Below are positions 9,047 to 20,400 of a DNA stretch of 64,000 nucleotides, piece by piece; position 1 is the stretch's first letter, and each line of letters opens with the position of its first letter. Below the pieces are notes generated by a model, which saw nothing but the letters and a program-made list of their open reading frames with translations, did not search any database and was not told the origin of the DNA. Source of the stretch: Anaerolineae bacterium (lineage in GTDB: Bacteria > Chloroflexota > Anaerolineae > S140-20); the NCBI GenBank assembly GCA_027021705.1, contig JALUTT010000152.1:1-64000 (forward strand), given 5' to 3'. Both the position numbers and the translations under genes were made by a program.

Positions 9047-10330
9047 TTACCGGAAGAAGCGTCCCAGACCCTTGCGTTCCGTTGGCCGGCCGGGCGTTCG
9101 CTCGACCACCGGTTGGGGCTTCTCGCTCTCGGCGACCGCTTCCAGGTCTTGGATGATCTGGCCGGCCAGGGCCAGGATGCTCTGAGAGATGGGGCGGTTC
9201 CGGTCGCTCAGGATGAAGGGAACACCTCGGTTCACGGCGGCCAGGGCGATCCGCTCGTCCGGGGGGATCTGAGCGGCGACAGGGTGTTTGATGCTCTCCT
9301 CGATGTCGGATGCGGAGATCCCGGAGCGCCGGTCCTGTTTGTTGAGCACGAGCATCGTCTTTTCCGGGGGGTAGTCCAGCACTTCGGTAACTTCGAAGAA
9401 GATGCGGGCGTCTTTGAGGGCTGCGATGTCGGGGGTGGCTGGCAGAACGATGCGGTCGGCGGCGTCCAGCACGACCAACGTCATATCGCTGAGCGCGGAA
9501 CCGGTGTCCACAACCACGTAATCGTACCGCTCTTTAAGAGTTGTCAAGATGCGCTTCATATGTTCGGGCAGCACCAGATCGGCCATCTCAGGACGAGGGG
9601 GGGCCAAGAGCGCCCGAAGGCCTGAAGAGTGGGGCGTCAGGACCGTTTCCAGCATATCGTAGTCCATCTCTTCGATCTGAGGGGCCAGGTCTGCGATGCT
9701 GTGGGTCGCCTGGAGGTTCAGCATCACAGCTACGTCGCCGAATTGGAGGTTGGCGTCCACCAGGGCCACCCTGTCATCCGGGTCCTGAATCAGCCCGATG
9801 GCCAAGTTGACGGCGATGGTCGTGCATCCCACGCCACCCTTGGGGGAGAAGACGGCGATAAGCTTCCCCTGAGGGGGCGGTGGGGCGGCGACGGTCGCTG
9901 TGGGGATGGTCATCGCAGGCTGGGCAGGCGGCAGGATGGCGCGCCGGCTCTTGCCCATCTCGTAAACCCGGCGGATGGTCGTGACCAGTTCGTCGCCCGT
10001 AAAGGGCTTGGTCAGGAAGTCACGGGCACCGGCCAGCATCGAGCGCCGTAGGTAGTCGGCCTCGCTCTGAACGGACATCATAATGATCTGAGCGGTGGGG
10101 ACCTCCTGGACGATCGCCTCGCTGGCCGTGATGCCGTCTATGCCGGGCATATTGATGTCCATCAGGACGATGTCCGGCTGATACTCTTTGGCGAAGGCGA
10201 TGCCCTCCTCTCCGCTGGAGGCTGCCGCGACCACCTCGATGTCGCTCTCGAAGTAGAGTAGCTTGCGCAGATTCTCCCGGGTCTCGGGAATGTCATCCAC
10301 AATCAGGACTCGGATCTTTTCCTCAGCCAT
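9047..10330 (-). CDS. cpaE: CpaE/TadZ: receiver domain + MinD/ParA-like ATPase
   Basis: VLIVDD..PDIVLMD receiver; SPKGGVGCTT deviant Walker A; position in tad locus. Confidence 0.85.
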   Translation of the reverse strand: MAEEKIRVLIVDDIPETRENLRKLLYFESDIEVVAAASSGEEGIAFAKEYQPDIVLMDINMPGIDGITASEAIVQEVPTAQIIMMSVQSEADYLRRSMLAGARDFLTKPFTGDELVTTIRRVYEMGKSRRAILPPAQPAMTIPTATVAAPPPPQGKLIAVFSPKGGVGCTTIAVNLAIGLIQDPDDRVALVDANLQFGDVAVMLNLQATHSIADLAPQIEEMDYDMLETVLTPHSSGLRALLAPPRPEMADLVLPEHMKRILTTLKERYDYVVVDTGSALSDMTLVVLDAADRIVLPATPDIAALKDARIFFEVTEVLDYPPEKTMLVLNKQDRRSGISASDIEESIKHPVAAQIPPDERIALAAVNRGVPFILSDRNRPISQSILALAGQIIQDLEAVAESEKPQPVVERTPGRPTERKGLGRFFR

Positions 10331-10382
10331 GCCGTTCCTCGCTTTTTCTCAGCCATACCATCCTCGTGCCGCTTGTAGAGGA

Positions 10383-11489
10383 TCACTGGGGAGGGACTTC
10401 TTCACCCATAGTCGGGATGTTGCTCTCGGGTACAAAGGGGCGCTCCAGGTTCTGTACGGGAGGCTGGATGCCCACGGGCAGCTTGGGAGGAAGCGCAATG
10501 TTGAAGCGTTCCATCATATATTGGAGGGTCACCGATTCTGTGGTGATCAGGCGTCCGGCATCGGCGTAGGAGCGCAGGACCAGATCAATGGAAGCGCCGG
10601 CTTCCACGGCCCACTTCAACGTCAAGGCGTCCTGGGGGTCTACGATGAGCAGGATGGGTTCGCGGGGACCCAGGAAGCGGGTCATCGTGGGCATAGGTGT
10701 CGGTTCGCCCTCTTGGGGGGGCTGCTCCGGGGGCAGGACCGGCGCCTGCTCTAGCCCTGGTTGTTGGTCGCCCACGGCGAGCACCACCGCATCCTGGACG
10801 GTGAGTTGGCTGACCAGACCCGGTCGTTGTTCCTCTCGAGGGGCCACTACCAGGGGTTGCCCAAAGGCATCTTGCTCGAAGCGGCCAAAGACACCACCGG
10901 AGGGGATCGTCTCCTGTCCCGATACGTAAGGAGCAGCCAGGTTGGGTAGAGCGCTCTGGAAATCTTCGTCCAGGTTCACGAAGAGGAGGGAAATCAGGAC
11001 ATCCACGCGATCGCCGGGTTGCAGAGACCAGGCCACACTGGAGAGCAGGTCGGCCGGGAGAGCGAAGACGACCTTGCCCGGAGGCACCTGGAGGGCTAGA
11101 TCGGAGCCCACAGCACCCAATTCACCGGCCGTCTCCGTCAGCATATCTCGGACGATGGGAGAGCCACGGGGGATGTCCACCCGGGCGATCTTGCCGATGA
11201 CCTCGTCCAGGCGGGTAAAGGCCGACTCGGCCACCCAGTCCTGGGGCCAGTCGGTCACCACGACATAGTTTGTCCCGGTGAGAATGCGCGTGCCTCGAGG
11301 GATGTTATTGGCCGCTACGACGACCTTGGTCATCGAAGGGAGCACAGGAGGCGCTTCGGCTCCTTCTTCGCCTTCCGCCGGCGCCGTTGGAGAGGGAGGT
11401 TGGGGTTTGGGTCGCATAATCAGGACCAGCCCCAAGGCAGCCACGGCTATCAGGATACCCAACAGGATCAGGAACCGACCGCGTTGCAT
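10383..11489 (-). CDS. cpaB: Flp pilus assembly protein CpaB/RcpC (SAF domain)
   Basis: N-terminal TM; VVVAANNIPRG SAF domain; LQPGDRVDVL. Confidence 0.85.
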   Translation of the reverse strand: MQRGRFLILLGILIAVAALGLVLIMRPKPQPPSPTAPAEGEEGAEAPPVLPSMTKVVVAANNIPRGTRILTGTNYVVVTDWPQDWVAESAFTRLDEVIGKIARVDIPRGSPIVRDMLTETAGELGAVGSDLALQVPPGKVVFALPADLLSSVAWSLQPGDRVDVLISLLFVNLDEDFQSALPNLAAPYVSGQETIPSGGVFGRFEQDAFGQPLVVAPREEQRPGLVSQLTVQDAVVLAVGDQQPGLEQAPVLPPEQPPQEGEPTPMPTMTRFLGPREPILLIVDPQDALTLKWAVEAGASIDLVLRSYADAGRLITTESVTLQYMMERFNIALPPKLPVGIQPPVQNLERPFVPESNIPTMGEEVPPQ

Positions 11490-11650
11490 CGCTTATCCTC
11501 CTATGAATCGTGGATCCTGGTCAATGTCATCGTCTCCAAGTTTGGTGGGAGTTGGTTTGCCCTGCGGAGATCTCTCCGCTCGAAAGCTGGTGCACGCTGC
11601 CTCGAGGGCTGTTTATCCCGACCACGCCTAACAGGCTGCCCCTACCGCAT

Positions 11651-11678
11651 AATATACTTACTTCCAGAGAAATGTCAA
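11651..11678 (-). promoter_or_regulatory. sigma70-type promoter of the cpaB-tadC-comF operon
   Basis: TTGACA-16 bp-TATATT on the minus strand. Confidence 0.55.
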
Positions 11679-11690
11679 GGCAGGGAAGCG

Positions 11691-11845
11691 CGGTGATTAC
11701 CCACAAGGGAGCGCGAGAGTGGTCCGTAGCAGGCCGTCCACAAATTTCTCACCAATGCACGAATGAGGCGGTCCTTAATTCGTGTATTCGTGCCCCATTC
11801 GTGGACGGCTCGTCTCCCCATCTCCAAAGATATGGGTAATCACCG
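11691..11845. mobile_element. 155-bp MITE-like element, copy A
   Basis: 13-bp terminal inverted repeats CGGTGATTACCCA/TGGGTAATCACCG; near-identical to 21426-21580. Confidence 0.8.
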
Positions 11846-11915
11846 GGGGAAACGGCACAAGAGCGGAGAGGGGGGATCTCCGCTCTTGTGTGCTCAGCCC
11901 CACAGGCGGGGGGGT

Positions 11916-14195
11916 CTATCGCACCAGCCGCAGGAAGATGCGGTCCAGGATGTCGTCGAAGATCTGGTCCAGTTGCTCAGGTACTTCAGCAGTGTAGTAG
12001 GCACCTCCTGTCCGATCGGCCACAGCGCGGAGGAGTTGAACGTCGGCACCCGCACCCAGACCGATGGTGTAGATGATCACACTACTCGTGGCGGCCTGGT
12101 CGGCGTAGTAGATCACGCAATCCTTGGCCCGGTCTTCGTTGGTGTTTCCTGTGTTGTAGGGCCAGTAGTCCTCGGCGTAGCAGTCGGTCGGGAGGCCGTC
12201 AATCCGATTGGCCACACCATCGGTCATCAAGATCATCACGTGGGCTGCGCCGGGCCGTCCGAAGTGGGGCGGTTGGGTGGAGAGGATCTCTAGTCCTCGC
12301 CGCATGCCGTCGGCCATGTTGGTTGCTCCGCCTGCCACTGTCTCCTCCACCGCGTTCAGCACGCGGGTGTAACTGATGGGCGTTGTGTACGGGGGCACGG
12401 CTTCGTAGCAAGGGCGACCCTCCTGGCGGATACACTGCAGTTCACTGTAGCCACCCTGGCCCCTCCGGCTGGCCCGGGTTGCGTAGGAGACGAAGCCGAC
12501 CTGATCGTAGCGGGGTTCTAGCCGCCGGATGAAGCGCTTGATCGCCTCCTTGGAGGGGCGGATGGGCAACTGATCGGTCAGCCACAGGTCGTCCTGAGCC
12601 GGGCAGAGACGGCGCAGGGGCGGATCGTTGGGGCAGCCGCAGCGGTCGTAGTCCGGGTCTCCGGGGCGGATGTTGAAGCCATAGATCGGGTTGCAGCGAT
12701 CGGCGGCCCGACCGTTGAGCCCACCGGTCTCCCGGGGACCGATGTAGTGGTAGCTCCCACCGGCATAGTAGCGTCTCTGGCGGATGAAGGAAGGAGGGTT
12801 CCCTGTGCTTCCCGAAGGGTCGGTGGTGATGACGATCTTATCAATGGAAAAACCGGGATCGTAGAACCAGAAGTTCAGCGTGTGCGTGGTGCCGCTGTAC
12901 CAGTACCGGTTGCCCAGGCGCACCCACTGCCAGGATCGGCTCCGAACCATCTCGTAGTAGACGCGATTGTCGCGGGAGAGCCTGATGGTGCCGGCGGGAG
13001 CACCATCGGTGCCCCACCGCACCCGACGGTTCCAGCTCCAGGTTCCCCCCTGCATCCGCGCCCAGAGGTAGTACCGTCCGTCCTGAGGAACCGTGAAGGT
13101 GTAGTCCAGGCGGGGAGAGGTCTGGGCATTGAACTCGGCATTGGAGAGGGGGCCTGGGCTGAAGTAGACGTTCCAGGGGCCGGTATACATGTAGGCCCCT
13201 CGGTTGTCGTTGCCCGAGGCGCGGACGGCCTCGCGGGCATCGTAGTTCCAGTCGTTGCGCCCCAGGGCCCAGTAGCGGCAGTCGGGACAACCGCTCACTG
13301 TCTCGCGGTGGTAGTCCCCAACGATGTTAGAGTAGTGCTCCGCTTCGATTACCTTCCAAATGTATCCTCCAGACGTTGTCCAGGAAGGCTCGCTGCCCCC
13401 CTCGCAGAGCCCCAGGTCGCAAGGGTAGGGAAGTGCCCAGTGGGTTCCATCGGGATAGGTGGGGTCCTGCAGGCTGTAGCCTGGAGGGGGACCGTTGGGG
13501 TCTTCGTAGCATCCGTAGCAGATGGTGTCGAACTCCATCGAACCCGATCGGTCGAAGACAACGACCACATCCACCGTGCTGACGTTCTCGGCCTCGGCGT
13601 AAGCGGATACGGGCACGGTACTGAAGCCCACGAACTGGAGGAAGTTCATCCAGACGGGTTTGTAGGCGGTGACGCCGACCCGGGTGGCCGTGTTTAGCCG
13701 TTGCTCTTCCGGCAAGCTCTGATCCCGGGAGGATTCGGTGTCAATGATGACCGTGATCAACCGCTGGTCAATAGGGATCTGACTGACGTCGCCCACCGTT
13801 GCGCCACTGCACTGGTCCACCCGGTTGACCCACAGTTGGGCGCGGTCGCAGGCGATCTGGTTGCAGATGATCCTGCCGCCGGCCACGGTGCAGTTCACCG
13901 TGCCACTGGCGATCGGATAGCCGTTGTCGCTCAGGAACATGATCGCCCGTTCCACGGCGATATCCTCTTTGGGAAGCTCCAGAGCACCGGCCAGGGTGGC
14001 AGCATCCACCGCCCGCGCCAGGCGCACCCGTTCGATGTAGACCAATCCCAGATCAATCCCCAGCCCCACAAAGGCCAGGAGGCCGATGAGGGTGAAGATG
14101 ATAATGATGAGGCTCTGACCGGACTCCCTTTGCAGTGACCAGTACCGAGGTTGTAACCTGTTCCACACGTTCACCAGTCTTCTCAGTCTTCTCAT
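11916..14195 (-). CDS. TadG-like pilin with VWA domain (putative pilus adhesin)
   Basis: ESGQSLIII prepilin motif; DLG..Y...RL..AVDAATLAGA; MIDAS DRSGSM, ILMTDG, IYTIGLG. Confidence 0.8.
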   Translation of the reverse strand: MRRLRRLVNVWNRLQPRYWSLQRESGQSLIIIIFTLIGLLAFVGLGIDLGLVYIERVRLARAVDAATLAGALELPKEDIAVERAIMFLSDNGYPIASGTVNCTVAGGRIICNQIACDRAQLWVNRVDQCSGATVGDVSQIPIDQRLITVIIDTESSRDQSLPEEQRLNTATRVGVTAYKPVWMNFLQFVGFSTVPVSAYAEAENVSTVDVVVVFDRSGSMEFDTICYGCYEDPNGPPPGYSLQDPTYPDGTHWALPYPCDLGLCEGGSEPSWTTSGGYIWKVIEAEHYSNIVGDYHRETVSGCPDCRYWALGRNDWNYDAREAVRASGNDNRGAYMYTGPWNVYFSPGPLSNAEFNAQTSPRLDYTFTVPQDGRYYLWARMQGGTWSWNRRVRWGTDGAPAGTIRLSRDNRVYYEMVRSRSWQWVRLGNRYWYSGTTHTLNFWFYDPGFSIDKIVITTDPSGSTGNPPSFIRQRRYYAGGSYHYIGPRETGGLNGRAADRCNPIYGFNIRPGDPDYDRCGCPNDPPLRRLCPAQDDLWLTDQLPIRPSKEAIKRFIRRLEPRYDQVGFVSYATRASRRGQGGYSELQCIRQEGRPCYEAVPPYTTPISYTRVLNAVEETVAGGATNMADGMRRGLEILSTQPPHFGRPGAAHVMILMTDGVANRIDGLPTDCYAEDYWPYNTGNTNEDRAKDCVIYYADQAATSSVIIYTIGLGAGADVQLLRAVADRTGGAYYTAEVPEQLDQIFDDILDRIFLRLVR

Positions 14196-14207
14196 CGTTC
14201 GCCTCCC

Positions 14208-14924
14208 TTACCGGACCCGGGCGTCGCTGGCGAGGCGCATCAGGGTCTCCGTGTGCATGATGATGGGATCGGGGAGCAGGAAACTGACGAAGGGCAGTTG
14301 GAAGATGGGAACCTTCAGCAGTTGCTCATGGCGGTAGTACAGTTCGACGATGACCAGATCCGATGTCAGAGGAGGATACCCGTCCGCCACCCGTCTGGAG
14401 TTTATGGCCCTTAGATCACGGCAGTACCGGACGTACAAGGCAGCCGCATCAACCTGGGAGGAGACCGGGCGGGCTAGGTTTGTGCCCAGATAGGGGTCTC
14501 CGATGCTCACTGTCGTGGGATTGGCCTGGTTCGCCGCAGGCACGCAGTCCTCATCAATGGGGATGTAGGTCAGGAACCCCGCAGCGTTGGGGTCTCCCTG
14601 GCTGTTGTCGAAACGGATGAAGGGACGTCCTGACATCTCATAGCCTGCTGCTTCTGCGGCCCAGTCAAAGACCTTCAGAGCTGCATCTACGTCTACATCC
14701 GTACCGCTGAGGAACTGACCCCGCGAGGCCAGCCGTGCTCCCTCCCGGTTGGCGTTCATCACGATCAGGTAGGAGCGCAGGGCGGCCCCCACTTCCACAA
14801 TGCTGATGAAGAGCACGACGATAAGGGGCATCACGATGGCCAACTCGACCAGGCTCTGAGCCCGCTCGTCTCCCCATCGCTTCTTCCACCGCTGTGTCCA
14901 GGGGGATAGGAGCTTTCCCATCAC
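14208..14924 (-). CDS. TadE/TadG family minor pilin
   Basis: ERAQSLVELAIVMP...NANREGARLA. Confidence 0.85.
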   Translation of the reverse strand: MMGKLLSPWTQRWKKRWGDERAQSLVELAIVMPLIVVLFISIVEVGAALRSYLIVMNANREGARLASRGQFLSGTDVDVDAALKVFDWAAEAAGYEMSGRPFIRFDNSQGDPNAAGFLTYIPIDEDCVPAANQANPTTVSIGDPYLGTNLARPVSSQVDAAALYVRYCRDLRAINSRRVADGYPPLTSDLVIVELYYRHEQLLKVPIFQLPFVSFLLPDPIIMHTETLMRLASDARVR

Positions 14925-15544
14925 GTCTCACCTCCTGGTGAGGCCAGCATCTCTCCAGTGCCGGCATCCACGTTCAGGATCCACTGCTCGCCTTCCCGTT
15001 GTCCCAACCCGGCGATGGTCCAGACAGGGAGGCGATCTTGCTCCGAGGTTCCCAGGTGCAGGACCAGGGTCACCCAGACCTGTTGACTGCTCTGGCTGCC
15101 GAACCGCTGCCACCATTGGCGGAGAGCCTGCTCGCTATCCACCTTCCATGCCTCGTCGCCAATGGGGGGCGGCTTGACGGGTGAGAGAGACTCTCGCAAG
15201 AGTTGGGCCTTGTCTCCCGCTACGCTGACCACGTAGAGGTGCTGATTGGCCGGGGAGAAGAAGCGGAAGCCCCAGACCCCGGTCCTCACGATCCGCCCCC
15301 GGCTCAGCACCATCTGGCTGCTCACCGAGACCAGGTAGAGGTCGTCGCCCTTCTGAGCCACCGCTTCCCGGGCCAGGGCATAGGCCTCCAGGGCGGTGGG
15401 CTTGATCTCAGGAGCTGCCACTGTCGTTCCTTCGAAGGTCGGCGTGATCTCATAAGGCGTTAGCGACTGGTACAGGAAGAGCCCGAAGATGACCAGGATG
15501 GTCAGGGTCAGGCCACCGATGACAATCCATTGACTGCGAGTCAT
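14921..15544 (-). CDS. Hypothetical membrane-anchored protein (PepSY-like C-terminus possible)
   Basis: N-terminal TM; ends in LNVDAGTGE; overlaps the next gene. Confidence 0.55.
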   Translation of the reverse strand: MTRSQWIVIGGLTLTILVIFGLFLYQSLTPYEITPTFEGTTVAAPEIKPTALEAYALAREAVAQKGDDLYLVSVSSQMVLSRGRIVRTGVWGFRFFSPANQHLYVVSVAGDKAQLLRESLSPVKPPPIGDEAWKVDSEQALRQWWQRFGSQSSQQVWVTLVLHLGTSEQDRLPVWTIAGLGQREGEQWILNVDAGTGEMLASPGGET

Positions 15545-15612
15545 AGGTCAATCCCTCTCTCGGCGTTCCCCAGGGAGCCTGGAGAGCCGGAACAGACAAC
15601 GGCGACCCAAGG

Positions 15613-17427
15613 TCACGGCCCGTTGCGCAGCGTGATGGGCAGGTAGACGTCGTAGACCCGTTCCCACACTTTGAGGGTGAAGACGATCTCCTGAGGGCTA
15701 TCTCGGGTCTCCGTGCCACCATCCACGCGGACCTTGGCCTGGTAGGTGCCTATTGTGGCTGGTCCCTCCAGAGTGTAGTTCAGCCATCCGTTGCTGGAGC
15801 CGCTGGAGGTGACCGTCACGGTCACGGTTGGGGGCCCCTCAATCACCGAGGCTGTCCAGTTGAACCCCGTCTTGCTGTACTGGCCGATAGAAATGGTTCC
15901 CGAGGCGACCGGATTCGTGATGGGCACGGCCCTGTACACGCTCGTCGGGCTGACCTTCAGCCAGGGCTGGGTGGTCTCGTATCCCAGGGTCCACGACGAC
16001 TCGTCCGATGCCTTGTACTGGTAGGCCAGGTCCAAATAAGTACCGGTGAATGCCTTAGGGGACAACCGGTCTCCTGCGCCGGAGCTGGTCACCCCACTGC
16101 CAAACAGGGCGAAGGTTGGTTGCATTGCCGAACCCTCGTCGCTTGCCAGGATTTCCACATCGGTCCAACGCATCGCCCCGCCGCTGTTCCAGCCTGTCGT
16201 GGTGATCCCACGGCTGTAGAAGACCTTGTAAGGCGACCATGAGCCAGGGGCCAGTTGGCTATGCCAGACAATATGGACGACGGTACGGGTCGAAGTCGTG
16301 CTAAGCCGTAAGGAGGGACGCAGGTAGTTTGTATAATCAGGGTCCTCCCCAGAAAGCCCCACTGAATAGTAGACGGATGTCGTCCTGGTGATCCCCTGTA
16401 GAGAGGACCAGTCCAAGCTGGAGTTGCCGCCCGGGATGCCATTGTTGTCACGGATGTCGGTCCATTTCAACAGCAGATTGTAGTTCCCACTGCTGTATAT
16501 ATTTGCCCGCGCCCAGGCGGCGAAGAGCACATACCCACGGGCCACGATGTCAGGTGTGAAGACCTGGTAGAACTGTCCGGCGTCGTATAGTGGGAAATAG
16601 GTGCTCCACCCACTTCCTTCGCGACGGGCATACTGGACCTGGTGATCTACGTCCTTTCCCGTGCTGGGATCGTTCTCGTTCCAAATCCAGATGATGTGGA
16701 TCGTGTCACCCGACGCGGTAATGGCCGGGTGGAAGTTGGTGGTGTAGTTGCCCGGTGAGGGGGAAGGAGCGGGAACAAGTTCCGGCAGAGGCCACTCGGG
16801 GGCCCCAGAAGTCGCCGAGTTGTAGGTGTAGTAGATGTCGCTGCCGGGCTCCTGGACTCGCACCCAAACGACGTGAGCCCGCCCCTGGCTGTCCAGAGCG
16901 ATGTCCGGGTCAACGAGGGGATCGCCGTTCTGATAGGCCACAGTCGTCTTGGTGCCCGCGGAGCAGCCAGTGGAGGAGGCTTCCAAGCGTACTTGACAGT
17001 ACTCGATCCGCTGGGGGGCGATCTGGGCCCCCACCTTCTCTGCCTCGACCCAGACCACGTGGGCGACGGGCGGGTCCGTTGCCTCCAGGACGACGGCGGG
17101 CTTGGAACCGTAGTAGTCGGTGCCCCCGGCGAGGGTTACCGTGCGCCAGATGTTTTCATTCAGCTGCATCCACTTCAGGTAGATGTTACCCTCATAGGTG
17201 TTGGCGGTCTGCCCTTCCGACCAGACGATCACTTCATAGGTGCCACTCCCCACAGTGACGCTGTCCATCGCAGGGAAAGCGGCATCCCCCTCGCTCTGGG
17301 CAGGGAGAAGAGGGGGAGCCACAGGGCGAGAGGCCCAGGCGGTGGCCACTGCCGTCAGCGCCAACCCCAAAGTTGTCACGATGAGAACCCAGGCCACCCG
17401 TTGAGCGGGCAAGGACGGCTTGTGCAT
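15613..17427 (-). CDS. Secreted BNR/beta-propeller-like protein with C-terminal YLPxxLR tail
   Basis: Signal peptide; repeated P.I..D..G.AHVVW units; ends DVYLPITLRNGP. Confidence 0.65.
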   Translation of the reverse strand: MHKPSLPAQRVAWVLIVTTLGLALTAVATAWASRPVAPPLLPAQSEGDAAFPAMDSVTVGSGTYEVIVWSEGQTANTYEGNIYLKWMQLNENIWRTVTLAGGTDYYGSKPAVVLEATDPPVAHVVWVEAEKVGAQIAPQRIEYCQVRLEASSTGCSAGTKTTVAYQNGDPLVDPDIALDSQGRAHVVWVRVQEPGSDIYYTYNSATSGAPEWPLPELVPAPSPSPGNYTTNFHPAITASGDTIHIIWIWNENDPSTGKDVDHQVQYARREGSGWSTYFPLYDAGQFYQVFTPDIVARGYVLFAAWARANIYSSGNYNLLLKWTDIRDNNGIPGGNSSLDWSSLQGITRTTSVYYSVGLSGEDPDYTNYLRPSLRLSTTSTRTVVHIVWHSQLAPGSWSPYKVFYSRGITTTGWNSGGAMRWTDVEILASDEGSAMQPTFALFGSGVTSSGAGDRLSPKAFTGTYLDLAYQYKASDESSWTLGYETTQPWLKVSPTSVYRAVPITNPVASGTISIGQYSKTGFNWTASVIEGPPTVTVTVTSSGSSNGWLNYTLEGPATIGTYQAKVRVDGGTETRDSPQEIVFTLKVWERVYDVYLPITLRNGP

Positions 17428-17442
17428 GCTCGCTCGCCTCCG

Positions 17443-20400
17443 TCAGCTCGGCAGGAGCAGAATGTGATCGTCGTTTATGGAGTGGTCGCCAGCGGTGACC
17501 GTTACCTGGATCATACCGGTGTAGAGACGGCCACCGACTTGCACCTCGGCATAGACCGTGTAGGTCCCCGGCGGCAGGTTGTAGAAGCTGTAGGTACCAT
17601 CCTGGATGGAGTAGGTGTAGTAGAGTTCCCCGCCGGGGGCGTAGGCCCACACGTTCACACCGGACAGGGCGGTGGGGATGCCGGCCAGAAGGACGGTGGT
17701 TTGCCCTCCGATAGACCCTTTGTCCGGCTCGGGCTGAGGGCGCGGTTCCTCCATGCAGACCTCGAAGTAGAGCTCGTCCAGGAAGTACCAGGTGTCGGCA
17801 GTGCCGTCGTTGGGCGCGTAGAACTCGATTTGGAGCGCCTGACCGGCGTAGGCGTAAGAGGGGACCAGGTCGCTGGCGAAGAGGTCCCGCGTGACGACCT
17901 CCCAATCGCGCTGGGTGCCGTCGGCGAGCTGGATCCCTTCTTGGATTACCGTGCCTGCCGTGCGGGCATCGCCGGTACCCTGGCGGATACGCAGGTCCAG
18001 TTCGTCGGGATCGTCCGCGCCCCGGTTATCCACGTAGCGGGCAAAGCTCAGGATCGCTGTGTTGATGGTGTCTGTGGGGATCTCGGCGGGCATCAAGACC
18101 TCTTGCCGCACCCAGGGATGGTAGACGGTGCCATCGAAGATGTTGGTGTCGGCTCGTAAGCGGAGCATATACGCGCCGTCGTAGGGTGCGGGAGGCCCGC
18201 CGCTCTTCACCACGGCACCCGGTTCGTCGCCATGGGCCCAGGGGCCGTTGGGAGGATACCACTCGTCCGATCCCACTTCCAGGCCGTTGACGCTAAAGAT
18301 CTGGTTGCAGACCTGCAGGCCCGGCGGACGCGGTGGCGGCGGCGGCGGCGGATCGCCCATAGGGCAGTCGAAGTCGTCGAAGTTGGCCGAGTAGCGGGGC
18401 CACTGGCTGCTGCTGGTCGTGTAGGGGGAGTAGGCCAGCCCCACCAGGGCGGTGTTGCCCATGTTCACGTTGACGCTACCGGCCTCCGTCCAGTTGTACC
18501 CGTCGGAGGAGTAGTAGGCGGTGAAGGTGTTGGCCCGACGCACCAAGCGGACCCAAACGGGCATGGAGACGGCTGTGTCGTTGGCGAAGCGCTGCGTCGT
18601 CCCACCGTCGCTGGAGCGGTAGGCGAACTGCAGACCGTGGAGGTTGGTCTTCATCACCATCACACGCCGGCTATTGGCCGCCGTGCTCCGGCGCACCATC
18701 AACCCGGCCTTGGCCCACTCGGCCCCACCTGGCCCCCAGTTGATCTTCACCGAGATGTCAAAGTCACCGGTGATCCGCTGGTAGAGGAACCAGAAGCGGT
18801 CGGAGGTTCCCCAGATGCTGCCACCTGGGCCGACGATGGTCAGCGTGCCGTTCTCCTCGATCACCTGGCCCCCGCTGCCGGGGTTGCCGATTCCGGTGAA
18901 AGTCCAGCGGCTGGTGTCCAGGCTTTCGTCCCAGAAGCCATCCCCGTAAGGGAAGAGGGGTGGACCACAGACGGCTGTCACTGTGATCGGGCCTGTGACG
19001 TTGTTGTCCTCCTGGGTCTCTTCGTTCACCTGATTGGAAGTGTCAGCCTGGCCCCACAGTGTGTGGATGCCCTCTTCCACGTAGAGGACGGTGGTGACGA
19101 CCTTGGTCTCGTTGGCCCCAATGCCGTTCAACCATGCCTTGTACACTCCGGGCTGGCTGGGGAACGGAGGCGTCAGGGAAGGATCCAGGTAGAGATCGTT
19201 GTCAAAAGTGGTGCTTGTGATCACCACTGGAGCCAGGTTGCGCACGTAGAGCGGCACGGTGATGTAGGTATTGGGGGTGATGGGGTAGGAGGGGACCCCG
19301 ATCCGCTCGATGATCAGGTCGGGTGGCGGGGGCTGCACGGTGATGATCTCCGACTGGGCGACGTCGGTCGCTCCACCGCACGCCGGACTGGTGGGATCCC
19401 GGCTGACGACTCGGTATCGGCCTTCGGCATCCACCGGGATCTGGTAATCCAGGTTGAGGGCGTTCCCCTCGGTGTCCACGCTGACGTTGGCAGCGATGAC
19501 GGCTACGAGGCGGCCTGCCTCGGTGATAAAGCAGACATCATAGGAGCCGGGGGTAACGTGGTCGTAAAGGCTCACCCGGATGCGTTGCAGGGGGATCGCC
19601 TCGATATGGGAGACGGCGATCCAGGGGGTGCCGGGTGGGTTCCAGACTTTGGTGGAAGGCGCTACATCGGTGATCTCGCCGACCGAGTAGCGGTTGTCCC
19701 CATTAACGTCCACCCAGGCACGAATGGTGGCCGTCGCAGGCTCATTGGCGTAGATGGTCACCGTTGCCCGACCGGTGTTATCCGTGGGCACCTCGATGTA
19801 GCGAGGGGAGACCCCATCGGGGCTGAACCCGCCAGCATCGGTGGAGAAGCTGACGGAGAGCCCCTCGATGGGCTGGTTAAACTCGTCCCACACCTGGGCC
19901 GTAAACTGGTGGGATGGTTCCAGAGGGAGCGTGTTAGTTACCAGGTCGGGCTCCAACACCAGCCGCTGAGGCCGGGGTGGCGGCGTGGGGGTCGGTGTGT
20001 AGGTGGGGGGAGGTCCCGAGGGTGTGTTGGTCGGGCAGGCACCTCCCAGGCAGGGGGTTGGTGTGTTGATGGGCGGGGGCGTGCCAAAGGAGGGCACTGG
20101 CGAGTCCCCCATCCCCACCTGAACACCCTCGTTGATCATCTGGGTCGTGGCCCGGACGGTGATGATGGGGCTGGGCGGTAGGCCGGCCAGGCGGCGGGCT
20201 TCGATAATCACCCTCTGGAAGATGGGGTCTAGGATTGCCACGTTGTGGATGACTTCGACCTGGATGGGCAGTCCCTGAAGCCCTGGATGGTCGGGGATGG
20301 GCGTCGGCGGGGGTTCGCCCTCCTGCTGGAAGCGGTCGAAGCCCCAAATGCGAACGCCGAAGAAGTTGGGAGCACTGTTGACGACGGAGTCCTGAAACTC

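Noticed and set aside
11763..11997. Small ORFs such as MYSCPIRGR at 11782 and 21517
   Set aside because: They arise from the repeated 155-bp element
18232..20181. 649-aa plus-strand ORF (and similar long antisense ORFs at 36756, 45053 and 51464)
   Set aside because: Shadows of well-supported genes on the opposite strand
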